From the NCBI GenBank assembly GCA_013239625.1, contig MU053513.1:2096927-2160926 (forward strand): a DNA stretch of 64,000 nucleotides. The letters run 5' to 3'. Origin of the DNA: Lama guanicoe (lineage: Eukaryota). The position numbers and the translations under genes were made by a program. This document shows, in pieces, positions 13,674-25,685 of the stretch (position 1 is its first letter; the number at the start of each line of letters is the position of its first letter). The notes beneath the pieces are model-generated. The model worked only from the letters and a program-made list of their open reading frames with translations, was not told where the DNA came from and made no database searches.

Positions 13674-14055
13674 ATAGAGTTTTTTATTTTATACAATTTT
13701 CAAAGGTTACGTTCCATTTACAGTTATTACAAAACATTGGCTGTATTCCCCATGTTGTACAGTACAACCCCGAGCCTGTCTTACACCCAGTAGCCTGCAC
13801 CTCCCACTCTCCCACCTCTATATCGCCCCATCCTCCCCACTGGTCACCACTAGTTTGTTCTCTGTATCTGTGAGTCTGCTTCTTTTACATTATAGTTACT
13901 AGTTTGTTGTATTGTTTAGATTCCACATATAAGCGATACCATATGGTGCTCAACTTTCTCTGACTTATTTCATTCATCATAATGCCCTCCTAGGCCATCC
14001 ATGTTGCTGCAAATGGCAAAATTTCATACTTTTTTATGGCTGAGTAGTATTCCAT

Positions 14056-14099
<44 letters not shown>

Positions 14100-14288
14100 T
14101 ATATATCTGTATATCACAACTTCTTTATCCATTCAACTGTTGATGGACACTTTAGGTTGTTTCTAGGTCTTGGCTATTGTCAATAGTGCTGCTATGAACA
14201 TTGCAGTGCATGTATCTTTTCAAATTAGTAGTTTTGTTTCATTTTTTCAGACGTATACTCAGGAGTGGAACTGTTGGGTCATATAGTA
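13674..14288 (-). mobile_element. 5'-truncated L1 3' end (artiodactyl/camelid-type 3'UTR) with TSD
   Basis: Reverse L1 3'UTR (tttgttctctgtatctgtgagtctg, ttagattccacatataag). Exact direct repeat gtttatgtggaa at 13657-13668 and 14289-14300, followed by TTTTT/AA. Confidence 0.9.
14057..14098. repeat. (GT)21 microsatellite inside L1
   Basis: Read directly from the sequence. Confidence 0.95.
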
Positions 14289-15449
14289 GTTTATGTGGAA
14301 TTTTTAAATGGTAAGTGTTCATGCTAAAATTCTAAGAACAAAAGTTGGGTATTTAATTATATACAAGATGTTTTCTTCTTGTACCTACACACACTATATG
14401 TAGCTATAATTTACTTAGAAGAATGTCAAAATATTTGGAAATTGTGGCTAAAGATTCTTGTCTAGTGGCATTCAGGTGGTGGAGAAGACTTTTCAAAGTC
14501 CCTTTTACCCAATGCTACTTTTTCCATGAGCAAATCTGAGTCCATGTACATCCAAATGGACTTGGTAGATACATTTTCTTGATCAAAGAGAGAATAGAGT
14601 TCAGAAACTCATTCTGAAACATTGGCATTTTTACATTAGTAAGTTAAATGTAATAAAAATGACAAAGAGTCATAGTTTTGTTTTAGAGTAGTAAACGCAG
14701 AGATTTAGTCACAAGCCCAGTTTTGTTACGGTCTCCTTTTTTCTAATTCCCCAGAGTGTTGAAACTTAATAATAATTTTTTTCCATGAAAAGATGGGGGA
14801 AAAGGTGTGGGAGTCTGTGCAAATTTACATTTTGGTGTTTAAGTGCTCATAAAAGAAGTATTGTCATCCTTGGGCTGAGTCCCCAAATTTCCATGCCTGT
14901 TACTGTGAAAGAGGACGCATGCTTTTCTCCGTGTTGTGCAATTTTTGTTCTTAGAATTTTTAAAAGTCTTTTTCTAAAATTTGCTGTAAAATTTCATAGG
15001 AAACATTTTAAAAAAATCCAGTGGTATTAGTCAAGGTCTGATAAGTGTCAGTGATTGAAAATGTATGAAGAGAGCGAGTTATTACTTGTGATTTAGGAGA
15101 GATAAGCACATGCTGACAGTGCATGCTGCATTAGTAAGAATTAGGAATAAGAACAATAAACAACATTACATGCAGATGGAGAAGAAATCCAAGAGTTCAG
15201 ATGAGTGGATGCTTTTGTGGAGGAGGGCGGGTCTCCCCTCCCAAGTCATTTTTGAGAGTCAAGCACCTTGGGCAGGACTAGTTAAATCAAGTTAATTCTG
15301 CCACCTCAATCCTTCCTCCCTCTCTCAGGATGAGCCTTTCCCAAGAGCGTTAATAAGTATCAGAACTCAAGGACTAAAAGCTGCCTTCCCTGTCCCTCTA
15401 GTATTCTCTACTTTGCATACTAAATATGGAATAGTCAAATAATGGGGAC

Positions 15450-15660
15450 TTTCACGTATCAAACGTTTATTAAATGTTAGGCTCCTTACACAAGTTTTCT
15501 TTTTAAATCCTCGTAATAACCCTGTGGAGTAGGAGATATTATTTCTATTTTATAGAGAAGCCAGCTGACCCCACTGGAAGGTAAGCTGCTCCAGTGCCCA
15601 TGGCGGCAAGTGGCAGAGCTGCCACCAGAAGACAGGACCGCCTGACTTGGGAGCCCACAT
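15450..15660 (-). mobile_element. MIR
   Basis: aatcctcgtaataaccctgtggagtaggagatattatttctattttataga. Confidence 0.6.
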
Positions 15661-17094
15661 TCTCGGCCAGCAAGCTTTCAGGTAGATTCTCAAATGCCTG
15701 AGGGCTGGGCAACAGTGAGAATAAAATCCACCAGACCATGGGACTCCAGACAGAAAGGGACTTACTAGCAGATCTAAAAGTGCTACTGAAATGGCTTCCA
15801 AACTTGCTGCTTTTGGTGCCTCCTTTGAAACCTCCTTTCCAAACAGCTCTTCCAAGGCTGTAAAATATTCTTTCCATCTGGAGATCTCTAGGCTTCAAGG
15901 AAGGTTGTAAGATTGAACCCCTGCCCCCCTCTTGCCTATTTAGACAGACTAGCTAGCCAGCTCCTGGGCAACCTAGGGCTGTTCTTTTAAGTCATCCACA
16001 TATATATGTTCTGGGAAGGCTTGTAAATAATGCCACGAAGGGCCCCTGGTCATGTGAGAGCTATAGCTCAGAACAAAAGCAGAGTGTCAGGAATCAGAGC
16101 CTACGCAGGGTTCTGACTGCAAGAGAGATGCCCTTAACTGTGTGAAGACATGTGAATGGAAAGAGAGTGTGGCTCTTTATAGTCTCCCACACCCACATCG
16201 TCTCTCCTTCAGCATGGGATGGAGTTAGCAGGTAATGAAAAATGACGTCCAACCATGCACAAATGACTTTAAAAAAAGAATAAAAAAGCAGAACTGGTAA
16301 AAAGGAAGATTTTAGAAAGGAGCTGTAGAACAAAGTATGGCAGTTGTTAACTTCAGGAGAGTAAGAGACAGCCAGAAGTACTTGAATGGTTAAGAAGGTG
16401 CTGAAGCAATGCCCAGTGGGGAGGGAGGGTCCCGGGGCCTGGTTCCCAGGCGGCTGGCCCTGCACTGCCCGCAGGCTGGCTGAGCTGGACTGGGCCAGGG
16501 CTGCGGGCCAGCAGCTCACTCCTTGCACAAGGTCAGGTAGACTACTCCTTTCCTTCCACTGGCTGTGGCTTTCTAAAAGGACTAAACGGGAGAATGACCA
16601 AGAGGGGGAATGCCATCCAGTGTTTCCATCCCATTCCACAGTCTGTGAAAGGGTTTCAGTCTAACTTGGAACCAGAGGCTATAAAATGGAAAATCTCCTG
16701 CACGTGCCCTCAAGACAAAACTTAAGGACTGGAAGACTGGTTTCCTGTAAAGGCCCGATTTACAGAAAACTGACGATAGTGGAATTGTCTTAAATGATAG
16801 GGAACTGGTCAGGGGCTGCCTCAGACCAACCTTGGGGAGTTTTACTTAGGGCTTCCAGAGGCATGAACAAGAAATGACCCAGGTCGGGTTGGTTTCACAC
16901 AATAAGCTGTATGACTGGACTGGTTTTGCCTGTTCGGGAAATTTTCAAAGCTGGTCTCGGTTTGTTCTCGATTTTAGTAGACTCCCACTGATCGCTCCCC
17001 TCTTAACGTTCACTGCCCATAAGTACAGCCTACCCCAAACACTAAGCAGACTCGCCTGTATTCCTCTGCTCATTCCCAAATGAACCTATCTTTT

Positions 17095-17453
17095 AAAAAT
17101 TTTATTTGTTATATGATTTTAAAGGTTATACTCCGTTTACAGTTATTATGAAATATTGGCCATATTTTCTGTGTTGCACAGTACATCCTTGCAGCCTAAC
17201 TTAAACCCAACAGTTTATACCTCTCACTCCCCCACCCCTAGACTGCCCGCCCCGCCCACACACTGGTAATGGCTAATTTGTTCTCTGTATCTGTGAGGCT
17301 GCTTCTCTTTTGTTATGTTCACTAGTTTGTTGTATATTTTTAGATTCCACGTATAAGTGATATCATTCAGTATTTCCCTCTCTCTGACTTGCTTCACTTT
17401 AGCGTAGTGCCCTCCAAGTCCATCCATATCGCTGTACGTGGCAAAATTTTGCT
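17095..17453 (-). mobile_element. 5'-truncated L1 3' end, same family as 13674-14288
   Basis: Colinear with the 13.7 kb copy (aaaggtta..tcc.tttacagttatt; tttgttctctgtatctgtgag; ttagattccac.tataag). Degenerate TSD aatgaacctatctttt / aatgagctcatttttt. Confidence 0.88.
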
Positions 17454-18799
17454 GAATGAGCTCATTTTTTAACAATTTTGTGGTGCCTCATTTTACCCAT
17501 TTATTAGATTGACATGCCCCTTCTGACAATCTTGTCCATCTTTGAAGTTTTTGAACCCCATTCACTAGGACAGAGTGGGTTATTCAGCTATCACACGTGG
17601 AGTTGAAAAATCAATTGTAAACCAAACTCCCCCCAGTCTGTTTGCAACTTCCCCCGTTTGGTGTGAAAGTTTGCTTTCGCAAAAGCCTGTAAGGCTGAGG
17701 CTGCCTGAGAGTTTATGAGAGAGAGAACGTGGGGGATGATCTGTTAGAGGCCAAGAACGAGAATTTGCTTCCTTTCAGTTTTGAGATTAGGGGCTTACTC
17801 ACTTTTCAGTGACTTACAGGAAAAAGTGACAGGCAGCCAAGTTCCCTGCTGAACTCCCCACAGGGCTGGAGGTGAAATGTGAAAGCGAAAGCTGGGTACC
17901 AGTTGCCTGGGACCGGTGTGCACAGGTGAGAAGCATCAGGGTGGGACCGGAGCCCTGATGAAGGCATCTGCTTGTCTCCAGCCCCAGACTCCTGTCAGTT
18001 CAGCCTCAGGCTACAAGGGCAGAAACATGCCTCTAGGAAGGTTTCTCTAACAGCACTGGATGCTGTTTTGGGAAGAAAAGCAATACTGGCAAATTACATC
18101 GCTTTCTCAAAGCAGATATAATTGCTACATCACAGCAACTGTAAATGCTATCTTGGAAGTGGCATGTACTGGCAGTGGCTTTAAAGCTGTCTTTTGGAAG
18201 AGCACGGCTGTACGCACAACTCCAAAATGTGTCTATTTTCCTTTAATAATTTATGATGAATTTATCCTGAATGCTTTTGTTAAAATGATTCTTGAAACTA
18301 CTTAAGTGTTTACTACATTCTGAAAGTAACAATTACTTCTGAAGTAAAATACTATTTCCCTATAATACAAATAATTCTCATATTATAGAGTCTTATTTTA
18401 AATAATTTGCATTTACTGTTTCATATAATGCCTATTATAAAAAAGGCAGCATGGTCCCATTTTGTCTTCAAATATACAGATGGAGGAGATCAAAATTAAT
18501 GTTGCTCTCATGTTTAACTGATGCAGGAGACACAAAGATTATGTGTGTGATAACAGACTAAGATGACAACAGAAGATTGTATTAACTTGCATCATTTGAG
18601 AGAAGCTATAACATTACAAAATGGATGTGTACGTTACTTATTTGAAGAAGAAAATCAGAGAAAATAACAGTAGCGTTCGTTTTCACTGAAAAGACAATTT
18701 GCTAACATAATACTTCCTTGGAAATTTAGATTGCTACTTGTGTTTTGAAAGTCAGTCTCACCAAATGTATACTCTTTTGAATAAATTTGAGGTTATGTA

Positions 18800-18940
18800 T
18801 TGGAGAGAGAATAAGCTTTGGAATTAGGGAGATCTTGGCTTGTAATCTGGCTTTATCACGTACTGATTGATTTTTAGGAAGGTTATTTAACTTTTCTGAG
18901 CCTCAGTTTTCTCATCAGTGGAAGAGATAACAAAACCTCT
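18800..18940 (+). mobile_element. MIR
   Basis: ggttatttaacttttctgagcctcagttttctcatc. Confidence 0.7.
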
Positions 18941-20485
18941 CCTGAATAAGGATGAGAATGAGCACCATTTCGATGAACCAAGCTCTTGGTAGTCTGGTAT
19001 GAACTGCAAATAGTACAGGCTGATTAAGGAGTGATGCATGACCACGTCTGACTGTTAAATGGAGCTGGACCCTTAAATTAAGATTACACACACATAAATT
19101 AATCTTTAAAGATGCATGTATAACTAGTAAACTATTATCACATTATTCAATCAGAAGAAAAAAGAATGCTCTATAATATACCTCGCAAGTTCTCCTGATA
19201 ATAATTAGTTTTGGAGCTGAAAGGTAACAGGGAGTAACTGTAGAGTCTTGGCCTTAAAAATGTTGACGATATACTCACAGACAGATCACTGACTTTTAAC
19301 AATAATGGGTGCCGACTAATAAGCATTATTGTAATTATTCAAGTAACAGAGGAAACACTAAGGTCTCTGCCTTAGCATATAAGCCAAAAGTCAATTTTAA
19401 ATCACTGAGTGATTTACCAGCATGTTTGCCCAGTTGACAATCCCTTGTTGTTAGGACTTGATCTTCTCTTAATGAAGAGAGAGATTTTAAACTGAAAATC
19501 ACCCACAAGTTAAAAGCACATATTCTTTCTTGATAAGTTAACTCTAAGACATATGGTTTATGTTCATACATTCATCTAAAGCAGAGTGTCAGAAATAAAG
19601 CAGCTGGGTGCAGATAACTTGATACCATATTTTTAGTATGCACAGTGAAAATAAAGCTTTGCAATCATTATTTCTGGGGTAGAGGTAGACCAACGCGACA
19701 GACGTTGTCTTTGCAACTAGGCAGACGCAGAAGGAATTCTGGCTCTGCCGCTCGTTTGCTACATGAACTCGGGCAAATTCCTTAACCTATAAATGTAACA
19801 GCAGTCTTATCTACATTACAGTTAAAGAGCGTTAAACAGATGAGCTAATAATGTCGGCCAAAACGAAAAGAGCAATAGTATCTTCAAATTATTGAGGGCT
19901 TACAATGCGCTAGGTACTGGACCAAGCGTTCTGTATACACTTCATTGGGAAGAAGTTCTGGAGGTACTGTTAGCCTAGTCCACAGATGAACAAATGGAGG
20001 CTGAAGGAGACTAAGTGGGATCTGAGCCCACCTGACTCCAAAATTTGGTTATTCTGTCTCCTTCCAGATACATACAAAAGACTCAGCACGTGTACATAAG
20101 GTCTCTTGATAAATCGTAGCTATGATGATAATGATGATGACCCTATTTTCATTACATGGTTTTTTGGGGAAAAATATCTTTATAAAATCAATATTCATGT
20201 GAAATACTTGGCAATAAAAAAGAACTACAAAAAAGATAAAAGAAACATTTTATAAAGTTATCACCTAGAGATAACCAAAGTTAAGATTTTGCTGTATTTC
20301 CTTCAAGATTAAAAAAAGTATAATGCTACAAGATAATTTTAATTTGCACATTTTTATGACACTAAAAGTCTTCGAAAATTTGACTCAATGTTTATAAACA
20401 TTTCATTGTTTGAGTGCGCCATAATATATTGAATAGTTCTCTGATTGTCAGAGCTTATTTCCTTTTTTTGCTCTTGTAATTTTGT

Positions 20486-21091
20486 TAATTCATTCAACAA
20501 ATGTTTACTCAACACCTACCATGCACCATGTACTATTCTAAGCATTATGACAGAGCAATGAATAAAACAGACCAAAAAACCCTCTGTCTTCTTGAGGATT
20601 ATTATCTAATAGGGAGAGGTAGACAATGAATAAAATAAATTAAATGGTATACTAGAAGGTAATAAATGTCCTGGAGAAAAATAAAGCAGGTAAAGGGGAT
20701 GGAGAGTGTGGGCGAAGGGACACTGCAGTTTTGAATAACAGGTCAAGTAAGAGCTCAATGAGAAGGTAATATCAAAACAAAGACTTGAAGGGGGTAAGAA
20801 GCAAGCCGTGCAGACAGGAAGAGCATTCCAGGGGTAGGGCACAGCAAAAGCAAAGCCCTGTGGCGGAACTGTACTTGGAGCATTCTGAGACCAGCAGGGA
20901 GGACAGTGAGTGAAGCAGAATAAACAAAGAGAAAGGAGGAGGCATGGGGTCAGAGAGACAGCAGGACACCACAGCAGACATAGGGCCAAACGAGTGAAAA
21001 TTTTGATTTTTACCCTGAGATGAGATGCCACTGCAGGATCTGAACAGAGGAATGACATAATCTAATTAGCTTTTAAAAAGGTTTCCTTGGG
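20486..21091 (-). mobile_element. L2a, 3'-terminal part (left half of a split element)
   Basis: attcattcaacaaatgtttactcaacacctacc terminus ... gaggaatgacataatctaattagcttttaaaaagg. Confidence 0.85.
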
Positions 21092-23178
21092 TCCCGATGT
21101 ACTCTGTGATTAAATATAAAATATACACCACTTCTGGACCATCCACTCACTTTTGTGAGTGTGTGAATCATCTCTTTCTCCTCCAATTGCACAGAAAAGA
21201 ATTTAAAGTAATACTGTATGACAACCAAACTCCAACGCGTTATGCCAAGTTTCAAAAGATAAAAATCTTCGGACATGGTTTTACTTAAATTACTCTGTCC
21301 CTTTCCCTTCCACTCATCTGATTTCTATCCAGGTTTCAGAATACAGTTGAGTTCCACCAGGTCTGAGGATCCAAGTTCTATCTGATCTCAGGATCCAAGT
21401 TATGCAGAAAAAATCCATGGAAACCAATAATACTAAATATCTAACCTAAGCCTTCTTAAAATGCCATGGGTAAGGCCCCTGCTGTGAAAATACTGGCATG
21501 TATCTCCTTATATTCTTAAGCTAATTAGCAAGGATCAAAGGCTGATTGAGTTCAAGAGAGAGGAGATGCTTAGAGGAACCTCATCTACAAACACTTACAT
21601 ATGTGTGAGAGCAAAGAACTGCACATCAAAGAAAGGTGACTCGTGCCTGAGGCCCACTTCTCCATGTCTCCCAGGTGAAGACTGCCTGGCTCCCCAGGGA
21701 ACACTCCCTCAAGACTTTCTTCTTCCTGCCTCCATGATGGTCCTGAGCACAGCAGACTGGTGCCGTCTGCAGAGGAATGTGCTTCCCATGCTGAGCTACA
21801 CATTGCCAAGGACTGTGCCTCGTTTTCCTGGGTGCCTGCATCACCCTCCACATGCAGGTGCTATCCACTGAGTCAGTGAAGGCGGCCATAGGGACTGAAG
21901 TAGCCAGGGGAGGCAAGATTAGATCTGGACCATTAAAAAGGAGGATAGGGGCACAGCGCTAGAACATGAACCACTGGAAGTAAAGACACAGAGTAAGGAG
22001 TGACAGTGTATTCTAGACATAGTATGAGAACTGGATTGACTTGAGCAGACAGAGTTTGTAAGTAGCCACGAGAAATCTAAGGAGATAGTAGGATGGGAAA
22101 GATTAGTATAGAAGATCCTAAAAAACTGCTTTTTGGAAGCATTACCAGATTGGGACTTGCATAGGTGTCCACAGAGAGGAGAGGTATTCAGACTTGAAGC
22201 CTGGACTATGAGGACCTGCAGGACAGAGGGATGGAGAGCTGAAGGCAGGGTTTGTAAAAACACCAAGGTCAGGGTGGGAACAGCGTGAATAAAAAGGAGA
22301 GATCAATAGGCGAAGCAACAGGAAGGAAAGATAAAAATTAATGGGATTTGGTGATGACTGGGTTTTGGGGGTTAAACGAAGGAGTGAATCAGGCAAAGCG
22401 CTGTCAGCACCTGTTAAGGCAGCCTCAGAATAAAAGGACTGAGAAACTGCTATATATAAAATAGAAAAACAACAAGGTCCTACTGTATAGCACTGGGAAC
22501 TATATTCAATACTTTGTAATGGCCTATAATGAAAAAGAACATGAAAAGGTGTATATATATATACATATATATATATATGTATAAATGAATCACTATGTTG
22601 TACACTAGAAATTAACACAAAATTATATATCAACTATACCTCAATTAGAAAAATTAATTAAAAAAAAAAACGACTGAGAGACTCACACTATCCTACGAAG
22701 GATGGGGCATGGATCTCTGGATCCCACTGCAAGCCAAGTTTAGTCCTGCACTTAACCCTGGGAGCCTTGGCTCCATGCTCAGCTAGGATGAGCACAGTAG
22801 CTATGTTACTGGGTTGAGTACAGACCACCATGTTCTCAGGCCACTGCCCTGTGCCAGACTTCCTGCCCGGAGGGCACACTGAGTCCTCCAGGCTGCCAGA
22901 GAAGCTGCTGAGTTTTTCATATGCAAGGAGGCAAACTTCTAAAGACATTAGAACAGAACTTTGTGGGGGAGAGTGTGGCTTCCTATTTATAAAAAGCAGC
23001 TACTTATTGTTATGCATGGAGAAGATGGAAGTTCACAATAGCTGTTGGTCAAGAAAAGAATTAAAGAACCAACTGACCTGGTGGAGAAGAAAATTCCAAC
23101 AGGATCAATAAGAAGTAGAATTTATGTTAAGGAATAAAACGTGACAGCGATTGGGATGTTAAAAAAAAGAGAAGAAAT
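21092..23178 (+). mobile_element. L1-mediated retroposed non-L1 segment (orphan 3' transduction or processed transcript copy)
   Basis: 17-bp TSD aaaaaggtttccttggg (21075-21091) / aaaaatatgtccttggg (23179-23195), 14/17. TTTT|AAAAA endonuclease site, AATAAA at 23133-23138, A-tail from 23161. It interrupts a colinear L2a. Confidence 0.75.
22445..22666 (+). mobile_element. Short L1 3' end nested inside the retroposed segment
   Basis: caacaaggtcctactgtatagcactgggaactatattcaata...gaatcactatgttgtacac, A-tail. TSD aaaaggactgaga (22432-22444) / aaaacgactgaga (22667-22679). Confidence 0.92.
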
Positions 23179-23195
23179 AAAAATATGTCCTTGGG

Positions 23196-23712
23196 CTGCA
23201 ATGTGGCCAGTCTTTAGAGGGCATGGCTGGAAGCAAGGAGACCAGTTAGGAGGCTATTCCATAATTCAGGAGAGAGATGGAGTGGCCTGGACTAGAGTGG
23301 TGGTGATTGGTGGAGGTCTTGAGAAGCAGTAGAATTTTAATATATTTTGAAGGAAGAGTCTGTTGACAGACTGGATGTAGGGTGTGAGACTGGAGAGGAG
23401 CCAAAGATTACAGAGTTTTTGGCTTAAGCTACTCTGGAAGGATAAAAGTGCCATCAACTGAAAAGAAGGCTGGAGCAGAGCAGGGTTGGGGGGGGGTGCT
23501 CGAGGTGAGAGATCAGGAGGCAGGAAGCCAGTTTGCACAGTTATGTCTGAGATGCCTATTAGATACCTGAATGGAGATGTCAAGTGGTTAGTTGGGACAT
23601 GGGAGTCCAGAATTCAAGGAAGACGTTGAACTTGGAAATATAAATTTGGAAGCCAGTAGTGTATAGAGAGGACTTCATCCACATGAGGGTGGATGAAGTC
23701 ACCAAGGAAGCC
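23196..23712 (-). mobile_element. L2a continuation (right half of the split element)
   Basis: ggaagcaaggagaccagttaggaggctatt...tatattttgaagg...gagatgcctattagatacctgaatggagatgtcaagt. Confidence 0.85.
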
Positions 23713-23719
23713 AATATAT

Positions 23720-24060
23720 CTTTGATGAATATTCTTCTTCATAAACACTTATCCTTATCTATGGTCATTTCATCAGGACAGATTTCTAGGAATAAAATTA
23801 TTGGGTCAAAAGGCGTGTCATTGCCAAGGCTCTCAATACATATTGCCAATTACTTTTCAAAGTGGCAACAATGTATATTACCAGCCAACACTGAATATTA
23901 TCTTTTAATCTCTGTCAATTTGACACATATAAAAATAGAATCTGACTGTTGATTTGAATTTTCTGATGACTAATGAAGCGAAACGTTTTATCATGTGTTT
24001 GTTGACCGTTTTTATTTCTTCTGTGCATTGGCATGCTTAGAGCAAGATTTTTGTTGGAGT
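23720..24060 (-). mobile_element. Old L1ME fragment
   Basis: gatttctaggaataaaattattgggtcaaaagg; ctgatgactaatgaagcgaaacgttttatcatgtgtttgttgacc. Confidence 0.65.
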
Positions 24061-24251
24061 ACGTTTTAAAAAACTTATAATTTGCATAAGTTATAGCTTT
24101 ATTCTTCTAATCAATTACTTACAATCTTTTGTTTTTTATGTATAAGATAAGGAAGTACAAGCTAAGAAGAGGGATCAGACTGATGCCATGGTGGCCTTTC
24201 TGGCACCTCATGAGTTGTGACCTTTTATTTGCTTGGGCAGATAATGGCAAC

Positions 24252-25080
24252 TGTAATATTGGGATTTATAACAAGAAATACGTATGAGATCTTAGTCCCT
24301 GTCTCCAGAACAGACCTCTTAAAACTCTTACCCTTGGAATTTCCTAAGTGATGAGAAAAAGCAAGATGTCTTGTGTTATGTTAATGAGGTGGCTTTTGGA
24401 CCCCTATCTCAGGATGAAGGCTGGTTGCCCAAAGAACCTACCATGTGATTAGAGGGTTGGTTCCGTCCCACCCCGACCTCCCGCTGGGGAGGGGAGAGGA
24501 GCGGAGCTGGATATTGAGCTCAATCACCAATGGCCAACGATTTAACCAATCATACCTACGTAATGAAGTCTCCACAAAAACCCCAAAAGAAGAGGGTGTG
24601 GAAGGCTTCGCGGCTGGTGAACACATGGAGGTCTGGGGAGAGTGGTGTGCTCATAGCCACGCCCCATGCCCCTTCCCCACGTGCATTTCTTTCATCTGGC
24701 TGTTCCTGAGTTACACCCTTTTAAAATAAACTGGTAATCAAGTAAGTAAAATGTTTCTCTGAGCTCTGTGAGTAGCTCTAGCTAATTAACTGAACCCAGG
24801 GTAGGGGTCCTTGGAACCTCCAACTATAATCAGTGAGTAGTCCAAAGCACAGGTGATAACCTGGCATCTGAAGCGTCGATGGGCGTGAGGAGAGAACAGG
24901 CTTGTGGGACTGAGCCCTTCACCTATGGAATCTGGTGCAATTTTCTGGCAGGCAGTATCAGAACTGAGCCGAGCTGCAGGATACCCAGCCGGTGTCAGAG
25001 CACTGCTTGCTGGTGTGCGGACCACCCCCTCCACCGATCGCCCCACACACACGTTGGAACCGGATCTAGAACTTTCAACA
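24252..25080 (+). mobile_element. ERV solo LTR, MER21-like
   Basis: ccatgtgattagagggttgg; aatcaccaatggccaacgatttaaccaatcatacctacgtaatgaag; ctggtgaacacatggagg; aataaactggtaa. TG start, right end approximate. Confidence 0.8.
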
Positions 25081-25319
25081 GTTTTAAAGTATTAAACTCC
25101 AATTGAGGAAGCATATATAATACAGATTGTTATTAAATACACATAATAGAAAGAAAAATTGAAATGACATAAAAGTTTTTAAAAAATTTAAACACTGTGC
25201 TCACTGAAGTGAAATTACCTAAAAACTAGAAATATTGTTAATATTGCTAAAGGGTGAGTAGCAAACATTTTAGGTAAACCATTTTTTGGTCTAATAATGC
25301 ACAGCAGTAAAGAAAGTCA

Positions 25320-25540
25320 TAATAACAACACACATTTACATAGGACTGACTACAGGCCTCGTCATGTTTTAAGCACTCTGTCTGTATTACCTCATTCTTT
25401 TAACAACTCTGTGAGGTGGGCATCAGTTAGACATTCCTTTTAGAGGGCAGGAACGTGAGCCCCAGATAGGATAAGTAACCTGCCCAAGATTCTGCCCCAG
25501 CAGAACCCGAATTCTATCACACAGTCCGAGTCAAAAGCCC
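25320..25540 (-). mobile_element. MIR
   Basis: acctcattcttttaacaactctgtgaggtggg...taagtaacctgcccaagat. Confidence 0.7.
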
Positions 25541-25581
25541 AAACTGTTTCAGTTCCCTTATACATATTATTTCATTTACTC

Positions 25582-25685
25582 CCTAAATAATATATTTTTT
25601 TCCCCTAATGGAGACCCTGGGGATTGAACCAGGACCTCCTGGATGCCAAGCACGCACTTCACCTCTGAGCGATACCCCTCTACCC
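25582..25685 (-). mobile_element. tRNA-derived SINE (vic-1-like)
   Basis: Reverse B box ggggattgaacc and A box ctctgagcgata. Exact 10-bp TSD tcatttactc at 25572-25581 and 25686-25695. Confidence 0.88.

Noticed and set aside
16094..16664. 181-aa and 92-aa overlapping ORFs
   Set aside because: No recognisable domain and no splice support. The lengths are compatible with chance in a locally GC-richer patch.
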